NCBI GenBank assembly: GCA_965208325.1
Contig: OZ242326.1
Location: forward strand, 352,001-416,000
Length of the DNA: 64,000 nucleotides
From: Candidatus Poribacteria bacterium
Lineage (GTDB): Bacteria > Poribacteria > WGA-4E > PCPOR2b
Reading direction: 5' to 3'
How positions within the stretch are numbered: position 1 is the first letter of the stretch; the number at the start of each line of letters is the position of its first letter. This document shows, one piece after another, positions 51,537-62,627 of the stretch. The translations under genes were made by a program, and so were the position numbers. Under the pieces are notes generated by a model that saw only the letters and a program-made list of their open reading frames with translations, was not told the DNA's origin and searched no databases.

Positions 51537-52635
51537 AAAGCTAAGTGTAATTCTAATGCGAACAACGCATGCAGAATCAACGCGCCGCAAATTGCGCGGC
51601 AAGCAACACGAACCGCGTTTATTCGCGCGGCTGGGTGCTATCGTTGTTTTGGTTACGCTCTTGAGTTGGTCAGCAGCCGAGTCGGCAAGCAAATATGCCG
51701 GCGATTTCTTGACACTGGGCGTAGGTGCGCGGCCGTTAGGCATGGGCGGCAGCTTCGCGGCAATTGCGGATGATTCCACCGCAGCTTACTGGAATCCCGC
51801 GGGACTCGGGCGGTTGCGCCACTCCGAAATCGCTTTTATGCATTCCAGCCTCGGTGAGCTAGATAGCTACGATTTCGTCAATTACATCCATCCGCTCCGT
51901 GATAGTGAATCCATCGGACTCAGTTGGTTGCGCGTTGGCATTGATGACATACCAATAACGAGCTTAAGAGTTGCGTCCAGGTCGATAGGTCCGACCAACC
52001 GCCCTGAAATTAAGGGAACTTTCAGCAACACTAACAACGCTTTCTTATTGTCCTACGGCAGACGTATCGGTTTTGACTTATCATCGAAGCGGATAGATTT
52101 ACTCGTCGGCGGTAATGCCAAGTTACTTTACATTTCTGCGTTAGGAAATAGAAATGCGCTCGGGGTAGGGGGGGATGCCAGCTTGCTCTGGACGTCAGAC
52201 CTTCAACGTGCGCGCCGGTTTTCGATTGGCGTTGTCGCGCAAGATTTCTTTAAGACAAAATTATACTGGAACAATCCGCCTGAACATCCGGATCAGGCTG
52301 CGAACACTGATACAATCAATCCGAATCTTAAGTTTGGTGTCTCGTTCGGGCAAGATATCGCGCCGCTAAATAGCCGCGTGTTGTTGACAATTGATACCGA
52401 CAGCTTATACGCCTTTGAGATGCACTACGGCGCGGAGTATGTTTTCGCCAATCTTCTGTCGCTCAGGGCCGGCGTACAGGAGCGCAAAGGTATAAACACC
52501 CTTCGGCTGATGACAGCGGGTGCAGGTTTCCGGCTCTCTTTCTTGACAGGGGCGGCCTTCTCCATTGATTATGCGTTTCTCGGCAACGATGAACTCGGCA
52601 ATAGCAATCGAATTTCGCTGATGACAAGGTTCTAG
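51529..52635 (+). CDS. PorV/PorQ-family outer-membrane beta-barrel
   Basis: FLTLGVGARPLGMGG...AAYWNPAGL; terminal Phe; start uncertain. Confidence 0.85.
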   Translation: MIEKLSVILMRTTHAESTRRKLRGKQHEPRLFARLGAIVVLVTLLSWSAAESASKYAGDFLTLGVGARPLGMGGSFAAIADDSTAAYWNPAGLGRLRHSEIAFMHSSLGELDSYDFVNYIHPLRDSESIGLSWLRVGIDDIPITSLRVASRSIGPTNRPEIKGTFSNTNNAFLLSYGRRIGFDLSSKRIDLLVGGNAKLLYISALGNRNALGVGGDASLLWTSDLQRARRFSIGVVAQDFFKTKLYWNNPPEHPDQAANTDTINPNLKFGVSFGQDIAPLNSRVLLTIDTDSLYAFEMHYGAEYVFANLLSLRAGVQERKGINTLRLMTAGAGFRLSFLTGAAFSIDYAFLGNDELGNSNRISLMTRF

Positions 52636-52695
52636 GGGCGTCAAGCAAGCGTCATCTACCGCTATTGGCGGTTGCGATTGCGGTTTTCGATATGT

Positions 52696-53949
52696 TCACG
52701 GATCCAGAGCATCGTCCAGCGTAAATCTAATTCGATTGAATCGGCGTGCCAGCGCGATTACCTTACGCCTTAAATCATCGAGATTGTCTCCACGCAGCGC
52801 ATTGATGATGCATTCAGCAATCTCCGGTGCATCTGACGGTGTCATACCGTACCGTGTAACTTCTTGTACCCCAATGCGTAGGCCGTGCGATCCGAGTTTC
52901 GCAGGAACTTCGGCCGATCCGACGATAATATTACACGCCTCAAGCCGCTTAGCTAATGCGCCGCCTTCACCAAATTCATCGACTATGGGTAGGAGCGTAT
53001 GCGATTCTGTGTACCCAAGCTCTGACCCTACAAGGCGTAGTCCGCGTTCGTGCAGCGCCTGCCCCAACGCTTTGGCATTATTGATGATTGCGGATGCTTG
53101 AGCCTTTCCGAACGTGAGCCATTCCAAGAATGTCGCCGCGAGTGCGGGCAAGCGGCCGAGGTGGTGATTCGCAATCAGCAACGGTGTGAGCGCTGATCCC
53201 ATTCGCTCTGCGATAGCCCTATCGTTGGTCAAAATCATGCCGCCTTGCGGTCCGGCGAGGGTTTTATGTGTGCTGGTAACAATCACGTCTGCACCTTCAT
53301 CTAGCGGTGATTGAAACCGTCCACCTGCAATTAACCCCATGACATGTGCGGCGTCATATATCAGATAAGAGTCGGGATTGAATTGGCGCATTGCCGTTTT
53401 GAATTCTCGCACCGGTTGAGGAAAGAGAAAGAGCGCGGACCCAATGATGACGAGTTTGGGACGATGGTGTTGGATGAGAGCAATTGTCCGATCGAGGTCA
53501 ATGTTGTATTTTTCACCATCCCAAGGAATGTCGACGGAATGGAGGTCGACTTTCAAGAAAGAGGAAGCTAACTTGTGCGCGTAACGATGCGCATTATGTA
53601 CTTCTAACACAGTATCGCCCGGGCTGCCGAGCGCAAATGCAGCCGCTATCCCCGCGATGTTGCCTGACAATGGCCGCAGATCGACATACGCCGCACGAAA
53701 AAGTTGCTTCGCCAATTCCTGGGCGGACTCTTCAATCTGTACGATATATCGATTTCCGCGATAGGCGCGTTGGTGTAAGTCTATGCCGGTATAGTAGCCG
53801 TAACGGCGATTGAGTTCATCGGAAAGCAAACGCTCCACCAATGGACTGGGGGAATTTTCAGACGCGATAAGATTGAGACAATCGGCTCGAAAATTTCCGT
53901 GTTTCTGCAAAAGGGATTCAATATCCCGTACATTGGCGGCAGGTTCCAT
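52696..53949 (-). CDS. serine hydroxymethyltransferase-like PLP enzyme
   Basis: LNLIASEN, YDAAHVMGLIAGG, STHKTLAGPQGG, GLRIG. Confidence 0.85.
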   Translation of the reverse strand: MEPAANVRDIESLLQKHGNFRADCLNLIASENSPSPLVERLLSDELNRRYGYYTGIDLHQRAYRGNRYIVQIEESAQELAKQLFRAAYVDLRPLSGNIAGIAAAFALGSPGDTVLEVHNAHRYAHKLASSFLKVDLHSVDIPWDGEKYNIDLDRTIALIQHHRPKLVIIGSALFLFPQPVREFKTAMRQFNPDSYLIYDAAHVMGLIAGGRFQSPLDEGADVIVTSTHKTLAGPQGGMILTNDRAIAERMGSALTPLLIANHHLGRLPALAATFLEWLTFGKAQASAIINNAKALGQALHERGLRLVGSELGYTESHTLLPIVDEFGEGGALAKRLEACNIIVGSAEVPAKLGSHGLRIGVQEVTRYGMTPSDAPEIAECIINALRGDNLDDLRRKVIALARRFNRIRFTLDDALDP

Positions 53950-54001
53950 AGAACTTTCTCAATCCGTAGGGCGTATTGTATTCTGGAAAAATTAGACCAT
54001 C

Positions 54002-54802
54002 CTACTCGTTCTTGGCCTCGGCGGCCTTGGGCGGCATTACTATAATTTCGATGCGGCGGTTTCTCGCTCTACCCGTGGAGGTGTCGTTAGTATCAATTGG
54101 GTGGTAATGGGCGTAACCGACAGCCGCCAAACGGGTTGCCTCTACGCCCGCGTGTTGCTGTAAATAGCGCACCGCAGAAATTGCCCGCGCCGTGGATAAA
54201 TCCCAATTTCCGAGGAGAGCGCCTCTGAATGGGCGATTGTCGGTATGCCCTTCTACACGAATCTCTCGATCGGGATAACGGTTCAAGAACGTCCCCGCAA
54301 TCTTATCCAAAACCTGCTTGCCTTCGGTTTTAATCCGTGCGTCTCCCGAGTCAAACAGAATCTTATCCATGAGGTTGACTGTCAGCTTACCCTGTAGTTC
54401 AGTAATCATGATTTCTTTGTTTTCGATCTCTTGATGCAGGCTATTAACTAAGTCTTGATACTCTTCTTCCCTATCCTTTTTTTCTTTGAGGAGTTTCTGC
54501 TTTTCGGCTTCCACCTCGGCTTTTGCTTTGCTCAATTTCGTGACGTCTTGCTGTACTTCCGCGATAGTGCCTTCAATAATTTTAATACGGTATTTTTTTG
54601 CTTCTAAGTCTTTCTGGGTTTTCTTCAATTCGCGTTGTAAATCCTTGGACTCCTTTCGGGAGGTTGCCAAATTTGCCTGCTCTGCAGCCAATTCGACTGC
54701 TGTATGCTTGAACTTGACGCGGTAATAGCCGATCAAAGCGGCCAGAACAACCAAGATAAGCCCGGCAGCACTACCGGCTAGATATAACCGTTTCTTGCTC
54801 AC
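54002..54802 (-). CDS. OmpA/MotB-family protein
   Basis: TM helix, coiled coil, VEGHTDN, NWDLSTARA, NRRIEI. Confidence 0.9.
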   Translation of the reverse strand: MSKKRLYLAGSAAGLILVVLAALIGYYRVKFKHTAVELAAEQANLATSRKESKDLQRELKKTQKDLEAKKYRIKIIEGTIAEVQQDVTKLSKAKAEVEAEKQKLLKEKKDREEEYQDLVNSLHQEIENKEIMITELQGKLTVNLMDKILFDSGDARIKTEGKQVLDKIAGTFLNRYPDREIRVEGHTDNRPFRGALLGNWDLSTARAISAVRYLQQHAGVEATRLAAVGYAHYHPIDTNDTSTGRARNRRIEIIVMPPKAAEAKNE

Positions 54803-55097
54803 CTTTCCCTAATCCTCCAGATTTATTATTCAAAAACAGTTGTGATTCATATCAAGTTTTAGAATCAATTTATAATATATGGGACCGCAGATTCAGTGCC
54901 CGAATTGTATTGCTGTGGGAAACTAGTTTAGCACGGAGACCTAGTAGTGTCAAGAATGAACACATTCGGCGGTGCTGCAATAGTAGTTGATCTCAATTGA
55001 GATTTCTGTTACACTTTTGGTTGCCAGAGACACCGGAAGGGTTTCATGATTACATTTTTTTTAGGCGCATTTCATTTGCGTTGGCTGATATTTTCCT

Positions 55098-56252
55098 ATG
55101 CGTATTCTCATGTTCAACTACGAATTCCCGCCAATCGGGGGAGGCGGTGGATGGGTGTCCTATTTCCTCGGAAAACAGTTTGTTGAAGCTGGACATGAGG
55201 TACGGCTCATCACGTCGCGGTTTCGAGATTTACCGAAAGAGGAAATGGTTGAGGGATTTCGCGTGTACCGCGTTCCCACGCTACGCAAAAACCGCTCGAC
55301 ATGCGCCGTCCACGAAATGCTGACCTACGCGATTAGTTCAAGTGTATACGGATTCAAGTGTGTAAAAAGCTTCCATCCAGAAATAATCCAAGTGTTTTTT
55401 GGGATTCCGTCCGGAGGCGGTGCATACCTGCTGCAGAAGGTATTCGGTATTCCATATATTGTATTTCTCGGAGGGCGCGATATTCCGCGCCAGAATCCGG
55501 ATCCGCCTTATTATCGTCTACTGTACGGTTTACTTGCCCCTGTGATTAAAGCAATTTGGGGCAATGCCGCTGCTGTGGTTGCGTGCAGCGGCGGCTTGCG
55601 CGAGTTAGCTTTGCGCACGGAGCCGAATATTGACATCAATACGATTCCGGATGGACTAGATGTTAACCGTTTCTCGCCGATTCCCCGTGGCGCGCACAGT
55701 GAGCGCGTACGGATTTTGACTGTCGGACGGCTCATCCCCCGAAAAGATGTTCAGCTCCTCATCCGCGCCCTTCCGCAACTCATTCAGAACGCAACTCGTG
55801 ATTTCGAAGTCGAAATTGTTGGTGACGGACCTTGTCGTTCGAATCTGGTGAAATTGGCGGAAGAACTGCGTGTCAGTCACAAAGTCCGTTTCGCCGGCTC
55901 GGTTCCGTATTCGGAACTCCCGGAAAAATATCAAAGCGCCGATATTTTTGCTCTATGTTCCCTCGCCGAAGGGATGCCGCTCGTTGTACTGGAGGCAATG
56001 GGATCGGGTTTACCGGTAGTTGCAAGCCGGGTGCAGGGGGTTGAAGATGTCGTCAAGGTTGGAATAAACGGTTGTCTCTTTAACGCCGGCGATGTTGATG
56101 CGTTAGCCAGGCAGCTGGCTTCACTAATTGATGATGACGAGAGCCGCAGAAAAATGGGCATCGCGAGCGTCATACAAGCGCAGCGGTATGACTGGAAAAA
56201 CATCGCCCAGTCCTATTTGAATATATATAAACGCGTAACGTGTGCGAGTTAG
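55098..56252 (+). CDS. glycosyltransferase family 4
   Basis: YEFPPIGGGG, VGRL, EGMPLVVLEAM. Confidence 0.92.
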   Translation: MRILMFNYEFPPIGGGGGWVSYFLGKQFVEAGHEVRLITSRFRDLPKEEMVEGFRVYRVPTLRKNRSTCAVHEMLTYAISSSVYGFKCVKSFHPEIIQVFFGIPSGGGAYLLQKVFGIPYIVFLGGRDIPRQNPDPPYYRLLYGLLAPVIKAIWGNAAAVVACSGGLRELALRTEPNIDINTIPDGLDVNRFSPIPRGAHSERVRILTVGRLIPRKDVQLLIRALPQLIQNATRDFEVEIVGDGPCRSNLVKLAEELRVSHKVRFAGSVPYSELPEKYQSADIFALCSLAEGMPLVVLEAMGSGLPVVASRVQGVEDVVKVGINGCLFNAGDVDALARQLASLIDDDESRRKMGIASVIQAQRYDWKNIAQSYLNIYKRVTCAS

Positions 56253-56307
56253 GTCATCTAGGTAGGCATAACGGCTAATTCCGAACGCGGTATTACCGGG
56301 GAATTTC

Positions 56308-57669
56308 TTGATGAGAGTTGCAATCATCGGTACGGGTTACGTTGGCCTTACAACGTGCGTAGCCATGGCATACCTAAACCACGAGGTTGTGGGGGTAGAT
56401 GTCGATCCAAAGAAACTGGAGGCATTACGCCGCGGAAAAAGCCCAATCCACGAGCCGGGAATCCAGAAACTTCTAGACCAAGTCGGCGAAAATGTCTGCT
56501 TCACAGATAAGTTGGCAGATGCTATAGCGAATGCTGACATCATAATGATTGCAGTCGGCACGCCGCCGAAGCGGGATGGAGATGCGGACGCGAGCTACGT
56601 TGAAGAGGCGGCGCGGCAAGTAGCGCAAGGGTTGCAGCCTAAACGGACGTATACCTTGGTTGTCAAATCTACTGTTCCCATCGGGACGAACCGGCGGGTG
56701 GCTAATGTGATCACTCGCGCACTTTCTGAACGTCAGGTAAAAACCAAAATTCATCTTGCTTCGAATCCGGAGTTTTTGCAAGAGGGTTTAGCCTTGCGGG
56801 GTACCTTCTACCCGGATCGAATTGTTGTCGGCGTTGAAGAATCGGAAGGTGTAGAGGCGCTGCGTCGACTTTATCGTCCTATACTTGAACAGACGTTTGA
56901 ACCGCCGAGTTTTTTGCCGCGCCGCGAAGGATACAGCTTACCACCCTTAATTACGACAGACCCGACGAGTGCCGAGATGATTAAGTATGCCGCCAACACG
57001 TTTCTTACGCTCAAGATTAGTTTCATTAACGAAATTGCGGGACTTTGTGAAAAGGTAGGTGCGGATGTGACGGAGGTATCTCGCGGAATCGGATTGGATA
57101 CCCGCATTGGGCAACGTTTCCTCGAAGCCGGACTGGGCTGGGGAGGCAGTTGTTTCCCAAAAGATACTGCGGCGCTCTTGAGTGTTGCAGGCGAATACGG
57201 GTACACGATGCAAATTGTCCAAGCCGCGCGTGAGGTCAACTGGAGACAACGTCAGTTGATTGTTGAGAAACTCCAATCTGCCCTTAAAATTCTGCGCGGC
57301 CGCACAATTGGAATACTGGGGTTGACATTCAAACCCAATACGGACGATGTTCGAGAGGCTCCGGCAATGGACATCATCCGGGCGCTAATTGGACGCGGGG
57401 CGCATGTCCAAGCTCACGACCCAATTGCTATCCCTCACGCCCGGAAACTTTTGAAAGGGCTGGATGTGGCGTTCGAGGAAGACGTTTACCGCCTCGCGGA
57501 CGGAGCGGATGCGCTCGTATTGGTTACCGGTTGGGAAACATACCACTCGCTCGATTTGGCGGAACTCGGCAAGCGGATGAATAACCGCGTTTTAGTCGAT
57601 GGACGAAATTTTTTCGTGCCAGACGACGCACATGCGGCTGGATTTGTATACATGGGTGTTGGCAGGTGA
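56308..57669 (+). CDS. ugd: UDP-glucose 6-dehydrogenase
   Basis: GTGYVG, KSTVP, NPEFLQEG, GWGGSCFPKD, FKPNTDDVRE. Confidence 0.93.
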   Translation: MMRVAIIGTGYVGLTTCVAMAYLNHEVVGVDVDPKKLEALRRGKSPIHEPGIQKLLDQVGENVCFTDKLADAIANADIIMIAVGTPPKRDGDADASYVEEAARQVAQGLQPKRTYTLVVKSTVPIGTNRRVANVITRALSERQVKTKIHLASNPEFLQEGLALRGTFYPDRIVVGVEESEGVEALRRLYRPILEQTFEPPSFLPRREGYSLPPLITTDPTSAEMIKYAANTFLTLKISFINEIAGLCEKVGADVTEVSRGIGLDTRIGQRFLEAGLGWGGSCFPKDTAALLSVAGEYGYTMQIVQAAREVNWRQRQLIVEKLQSALKILRGRTIGILGLTFKPNTDDVREAPAMDIIRALIGRGAHVQAHDPIAIPHARKLLKGLDVAFEEDVYRLADGADALVLVTGWETYHSLDLAELGKRMNNRVLVDGRNFFVPDDAHAAGFVYMGVGR

Positions 57670-57789
57670 TTACAATCTCGCTTATTTACGCTCGGCGTTT
57701 GGACAATAGTAGCGATGACAGGCATTACGAGACTCAAGATTGACAGAGCCGCATGGATTTTAGCATCTTTACAGGGTATTATGTGAAAT

Positions 57790-59178
57790 ATGAAAATACA
57801 TCAATACAATCTCATTGTTATCGGCAGCGGAAGCGCCGGATTTTCCGCGGCGACTACCGCTAAGGAGAATGGGCTAGAGAAGATACTGCTGATCGAAAAA
57901 CGCCGCGTCGGGTACAGCCTCTGTACGAATGAAGGTTGTATGCCTTCCAAAACGCTGCTCGCGTCCGCCGAAGTGAAGCGAATCATCGAGGAAAGCACCG
58001 ATTTCGGGATTGCGTCGACGCAGCCAAACGTAAATTGGGACGCGGTGCAGAAGCGCGTCCGAACTTTGGTGGAAGATGATTTCTTCGCTGCAAGGCGAGA
58101 CGCGATTCGCAACGCCCCGGTGGATTTAGTCGAAGGGAATGCGCGGTTTACAAGCCCGCACACTATCCAAGTCGGTGACAATACGTATACGGCAGACCGA
58201 ATCGTTATCGCCACCGGTTCTGTCGTTAGTGTGCCTCCCTTTCCCGGATTAAGAGAAACCGGGTATTTGGATAGCGACGGCGCGCTCTATTTGGAGAAAT
58301 TGCCGAGGTCGTTAATTGTGCTGGGGGGCGGATATATTGCGATTGAGCTTGGGTATCTATTTCACAAAATGGGCGTTGATGTCACGATTGTACAGCGCAG
58401 CGAACGGATTTTGTCGAGTTTGGATGCGGATATCAGTTCTGAATTGGAGCGAATTCTTCGGCGCGGCGGTATGAATATTCTCACCGGCGTAGATGTAGAA
58501 TCGGTAGACCGATCGAGCGGTAACAAGCGTGTTCACGCGGCTATCAGGGAAGGGGGACAAACCACATTAGAAGCAGAGGAAATTATGATAGCCACTGGAC
58601 GCGACCCCGCAATAGGGGGTTTAAACTTGGAGCAATTCGGCGTTCAGTTAGATGAGTATGGCGCAATTCAGGTCAACGATTTCTTACAGACATCTGTACC
58701 GCATATCTATGCAGTCGGCGATGTGAACGGCAAGATGCCGCTTGTCTACGTAGCCTCAATGGAAGGCAGGGTCGCGGGGCTGCACGCTGCAGGGGTAAAC
58801 GGCGAAAAAATCGATTACCGATTGGTTTCAAACATCATCTTTTCCCACCCGGAAATTGGTACAGTCGGTCTTACCGCTCAAGAGGCAGAGGCAAACGGGC
58901 TGAACGTAGTATCTGCAAAGACGCCGATGGAAGATATTGGTAAAGCTGTGGCGATTGGGCAGACGGACGGATTCATTAAGCTAGTTGCTGAATGGCCATC
59001 GGGCAAAATCGTCGGGTTACACGTCATCGGGCCGCATGCAACTGACATAATGCAGGTGGCGCTGCCGCATATTTACCATAACGACACGGTGTTTGACGTG
59101 CTAAATATCCCTTATCCCCACCCAACGCTCGGCGAAGCGCTCAGTTATGCCGCCGAAGAGGTCGCAGCGTGCCTTTAA
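57790..59178 (+). CDS. dihydrolipoyl dehydrogenase-like pyridine nucleotide-disulfide oxidoreductase
   Basis: GSGSAG, CTNEGCMPSK, GGGYIAIE, HPTLGE. Confidence 0.88.
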   Translation: MKIHQYNLIVIGSGSAGFSAATTAKENGLEKILLIEKRRVGYSLCTNEGCMPSKTLLASAEVKRIIEESTDFGIASTQPNVNWDAVQKRVRTLVEDDFFAARRDAIRNAPVDLVEGNARFTSPHTIQVGDNTYTADRIVIATGSVVSVPPFPGLRETGYLDSDGALYLEKLPRSLIVLGGGYIAIELGYLFHKMGVDVTIVQRSERILSSLDADISSELERILRRGGMNILTGVDVESVDRSSGNKRVHAAIREGGQTTLEAEEIMIATGRDPAIGGLNLEQFGVQLDEYGAIQVNDFLQTSVPHIYAVGDVNGKMPLVYVASMEGRVAGLHAAGVNGEKIDYRLVSNIIFSHPEIGTVGLTAQEAEANGLNVVSAKTPMEDIGKAVAIGQTDGFIKLVAEWPSGKIVGLHVIGPHATDIMQVALPHIYHNDTVFDVLNIPYPHPTLGEALSYAAEEVAACL

Positions 59179-59194
59179 ACCAAGCCGCCGATCG

Positions 59195-59560
59195 TCACCG
59201 GTTTCCGTGCTTTTCCTGAATCTGCCTATCCAATTGCAGCGACGCCTGAACAGCAGCGGCGTCCCCGGATTCAACCAATCGGCGGAGGCGAGTTGCACCG
59301 CAGGTTTCCAGCGATTCTTGCCAGACTGGCTGGTTTTGGCATTCCGCATGCGCTAGTGTAATTTCCGCCGGACGCATACGATCGATACGTTCACGATAGA
59401 TGTTCAATTTTTGCCATCGAAGTACGTCCGAAGACAGCGTGTGAAAATTTTCCGAATCCAACAATACGGACGTCAGTTTAACATCCTGTTCTTGTTGATG
59501 GGGAGGTAGGTGTGCCGTTTGGCTAGCTTTTATTGAGCGGGAGGATTTCGATTCCAACAT
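59195..59560 (-). CDS. hypothetical protein
   Basis: AAAGGA ribosome-binding site before ATG 59560. Confidence 0.5.
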   Translation of the reverse strand: MLESKSSRSIKASQTAHLPPHQQEQDVKLTSVLLDSENFHTLSSDVLRWQKLNIYRERIDRMRPAEITLAHAECQNQPVWQESLETCGATRLRRLVESGDAAAVQASLQLDRQIQEKHGNR

Positions 59561-59753
59561 GGGTAGAATTCCTTTCACATCATCGTCATAACAGCCTCCG
59601 TTGCGCGTTTCAATTAGCGTACATACGTAAAGGCGGCTGAATGGAATCACAGGACTGATAACGATCAATTGAGGGCCCTAACCATAGGAACGAAAAATAA
59701 GGGCGGCGGTTTCCAAAATTTTCAATATTTTCCCGCCGTGCATTAGCAGTAAC

Positions 59754-61661
59754 TTACCACCACGCGGTGAATGTGTAAATCGGTTTTTTTACGACTATAC
59801 TCAATAACGCCCAAAATCCGCCGACGACAAATTCTCCGAGAATGATTCCAAAGAAAAAGGGAACTGCTTTGCGGTACGCCTTTACACCGCCATATTTCAA
59901 GATTAGCCATTTTATGAGCCATGCCACAATAAATTGCGTCCAAAACGTCCGCATAGACCACGTACTGGACACTGCATAACCGGCCGGGTGCAAGGACCAC
60001 CATAAAAACCTGACTCGCATAAACATAAGGAAAATACCAAACAATATTCCGTAGAGGAAGAAGCCTAGACCTGCCATGTCCGTGGACGCGGGAAGTGTCA
60101 GCCACTGCTGCAACCGCGCAAACGGTTCCCTTCCGAAAAACTGCAAGACGACATTACTATGTCTGTATCCCGAATGCAAAATTGCCCAGAAAGCGGCAAA
60201 AGTACCTACTACAGTGGCAATAAGGATAACGCCAAATACCCAACGGTTGTCCATTCGGGCTCTATCAGCCAGCTTAAATCCCTCCAGTTGATGCGGCATC
60301 ACGTCGCTGTAATGCATTCGAGATAGAAACCAAAACAGCGACATGATGGTTAGATTTCTGGGGCCAATCTTTCGCGTGCCTACCGCTCCGATCATGAGTA
60401 TTTCGGGACCGGCAAAGTGCAGGTCATGAAATGGAGAGCCGACTTCCGCGCGAATTCGCGTAATCCCAATTTCCGTCATCAGGTATAGTGCGAAAAAAGC
60501 CCCGGCCGCCCATAGTGACATTCCAGCCTTCCAGCAAAAAAGCAGAATCAAACCAATTCCGCAGATGAGTCCCCAAACGGCAATCCTGTAGTCTAGCAAC
60601 TCGGCAGAATCGTCATGTTTGCCGCCGCGCATGGCGGGCTTCAGTGCAGCCTTGAATACCTGGCTCAAATGACGCCTGCCTATCCATATAGCGATGAAAA
60701 ACAGGGAGATGTGCGCGCCCGCGGCCTGTTCTGAAAGTAATGGCCGGGCGCGCCATCCCAAGGCGCTCTCGAATATTTGCTGTGCTTTCCAAAGAACAAA
60801 GAAGAACCAGCAAGAAAAGGAGATGTCCAACGGAATTAAAAACACCAATCCAATCAGGAAAGGGCGGAATGTAAGCGGTGTGTACCCCACGGCGTTCCAC
60901 GGCCTCCCGGAAAAAAGTTCGCCGAGGTTATAGGGTGCGACGCGTAGGGAGGGGACGGAAGGGAAAAAGAAGTTCAGCCCATTGACGAAGGTCATTACAC
61001 CTACAATAGAAAAACCTAACCACATCAGCTTGTTTTTGAACAACCGGGATGTGCGGTTCGTAATTTCGAATGGGAGTTGGACGATAGGATATGACAGCCT
61101 CTCTCTATCAATCCACTGCTTACGTACGATCACGTTGAAGCAAATCATCACGAACATGAGTACACAGATGAATGCTGCCCAGACCATAACCGGCGTCAGC
61201 CATGCCTCAATGTGCTGTGCGGTATAGAGAGTTGACTCTCCCGTCAATCTCTTGGCAATGTATCCGTCGACTGCCCTCTCATCATTCACAGCCAGCCAGT
61301 GCGGAATATACCGCCAAAAGAGTTCTTTCCATTCGTTTTCGGGCGTTGCAAGTCCAAAAGCGCCAGCCATCGTTGGCGGCAAAATCTGCATCATGCTGTG
61401 TCCCGCGAGTGCGGACGCTTGGCACAGCATGATGTAAATGGTGAGTAGCTCGCCTTGTTTGAAAGCCATGTCGGCAGACAGCCTTCTCAATGGAATGTTG
61501 ACCACTAACAAAACCAACACCATGAGTAAGACGTTAAAGAAGAGCGAAAACAGTGTGGAGTGCGCGACGTAATACACACACTCCATCTGTATCAGCAGAT
61601 AGGAGTTGATTGGAATCAGGATAAGCCCTATAAGTATCGCTCTCCAAGTCACGTTTCTCAT
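59754..61661 (-). CDS. DUF6785/DUF6784-type polytopic membrane protein (putative transporter)
   Basis: RKQWIDRERLSYP, RIRAEVG, PHQLEGFK, HPAGY, PFFFGIILG. Confidence 0.8.
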   Translation of the reverse strand: MRNVTWRAILIGLILIPINSYLLIQMECVYYVAHSTLFSLFFNVLLMVLVLLVVNIPLRRLSADMAFKQGELLTIYIMLCQASALAGHSMMQILPPTMAGAFGLATPENEWKELFWRYIPHWLAVNDERAVDGYIAKRLTGESTLYTAQHIEAWLTPVMVWAAFICVLMFVMICFNVIVRKQWIDRERLSYPIVQLPFEITNRTSRLFKNKLMWLGFSIVGVMTFVNGLNFFFPSVPSLRVAPYNLGELFSGRPWNAVGYTPLTFRPFLIGLVFLIPLDISFSCWFFFVLWKAQQIFESALGWRARPLLSEQAAGAHISLFFIAIWIGRRHLSQVFKAALKPAMRGGKHDDSAELLDYRIAVWGLICGIGLILLFCWKAGMSLWAAGAFFALYLMTEIGITRIRAEVGSPFHDLHFAGPEILMIGAVGTRKIGPRNLTIMSLFWFLSRMHYSDVMPHQLEGFKLADRARMDNRWVFGVILIATVVGTFAAFWAILHSGYRHSNVVLQFFGREPFARLQQWLTLPASTDMAGLGFFLYGILFGIFLMFMRVRFLWWSLHPAGYAVSSTWSMRTFWTQFIVAWLIKWLILKYGGVKAYRKAVPFFFGIILGEFVVGGFWALLSIVVKKPIYTFTAWW

Positions 61662-61900
61662 GGCATCACCTTTATTCGAAGCGGCAACATACGGCAGCGT
61701 TGCTGCGGAAGCGGTTGGAAAATAGCATTTGTATTGACATGCCGCTCCCTTGGCGCGAATCCCTACAGTCGTGCTATGGCCTTAGCTTATCGTGTTTTCA
61801 CTGCTTCGGAGCGGCATGTGAATCGTTGAAAGAAACCGCGTGAGTCAATAAAACTTGGTACGCTCTCATTGAAACATGGGAAATGGCAAACTGTAATCCC

Positions 61901-62539
61901 TTAATCAGCCAAAATCCTGACCGGTGTGCCAGCCGCAATACGTTCATATATTTTTTTGGCGTGATTGGGAATTAGAGCAATGCATCCGAGGGTTCCTTTG
62001 TAGTCTTTAATACCGACGTTCTCCAATATTGCCGAGGCATGAATTTCAATAGAACTTCCTGTCCTACCTTCCTTTTTATCTTCTTCGTTTGGATAGTCGA
62101 GCGCCATCACATAAACATCCTCGCCGCCATAAGCTGCGGTCCACAGCTTTTCATCTTGAGCGATTTTGAACTCCGGCTCAGAAAGCCCGGCATGTTCCAA
62201 TTTTCCGAAATAAAGTTCGGTATCTCGTATGGAGTATGTCTCGCCATCCACAACAAAGCTGCTTTGTCCGCCGGGGTTAATTTTAGGCGGTCCGTTGCGG
62301 CTAACCATCCATTTGACCGAGTAATCCCCAAGCGGTGTTTTCCTGTCCCCTTCTTTTTCCTTTCCAACGCCGTTTTGGCCGATGGCTATCGGAAAACACA
62401 AATGCACTCGATCGCTTTGGACCAGGCGAATTTCTTTAGATTTGCCCAAAACCAACAAACAGAACCCGTTTTCATCTCTGCCCAAACCTTGTAGATAGGT
62501 TACTGCACAATTTGATTTGAATTTCGACACTTCTAGCAC
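61901..62539 (-). CDS. L,D-transpeptidase (YkuD-like)
   Basis: KEGDRKTPLG, LDYPN, IEIH, GTLGCIAL. Confidence 0.85.
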   Translation of the reverse strand: MLEVSKFKSNCAVTYLQGLGRDENGFCLLVLGKSKEIRLVQSDRVHLCFPIAIGQNGVGKEKEGDRKTPLGDYSVKWMVSRNGPPKINPGGQSSFVVDGETYSIRDTELYFGKLEHAGLSEPEFKIAQDEKLWTAAYGGEDVYVMALDYPNEEDKKEGRTGSSIEIHASAILENVGIKDYKGTLGCIALIPNHAKKIYERIAAGTPVRILAD

Positions 62540-62627
62540 GATACCTTCCTAAATTTTGCAGATATTGAATAAGAGATGTGTTGAATCACCGGGATGCCGC
62601 GCGTGAGGAGTTAAATTTCAACGCAAA

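Noticed and set aside
57790..59178. Mercuric reductase MerA
   Set aside because: No C-terminal Cys-Cys pair or N-terminal HMA domain; HPTLGE fits LpdA-like enzymes
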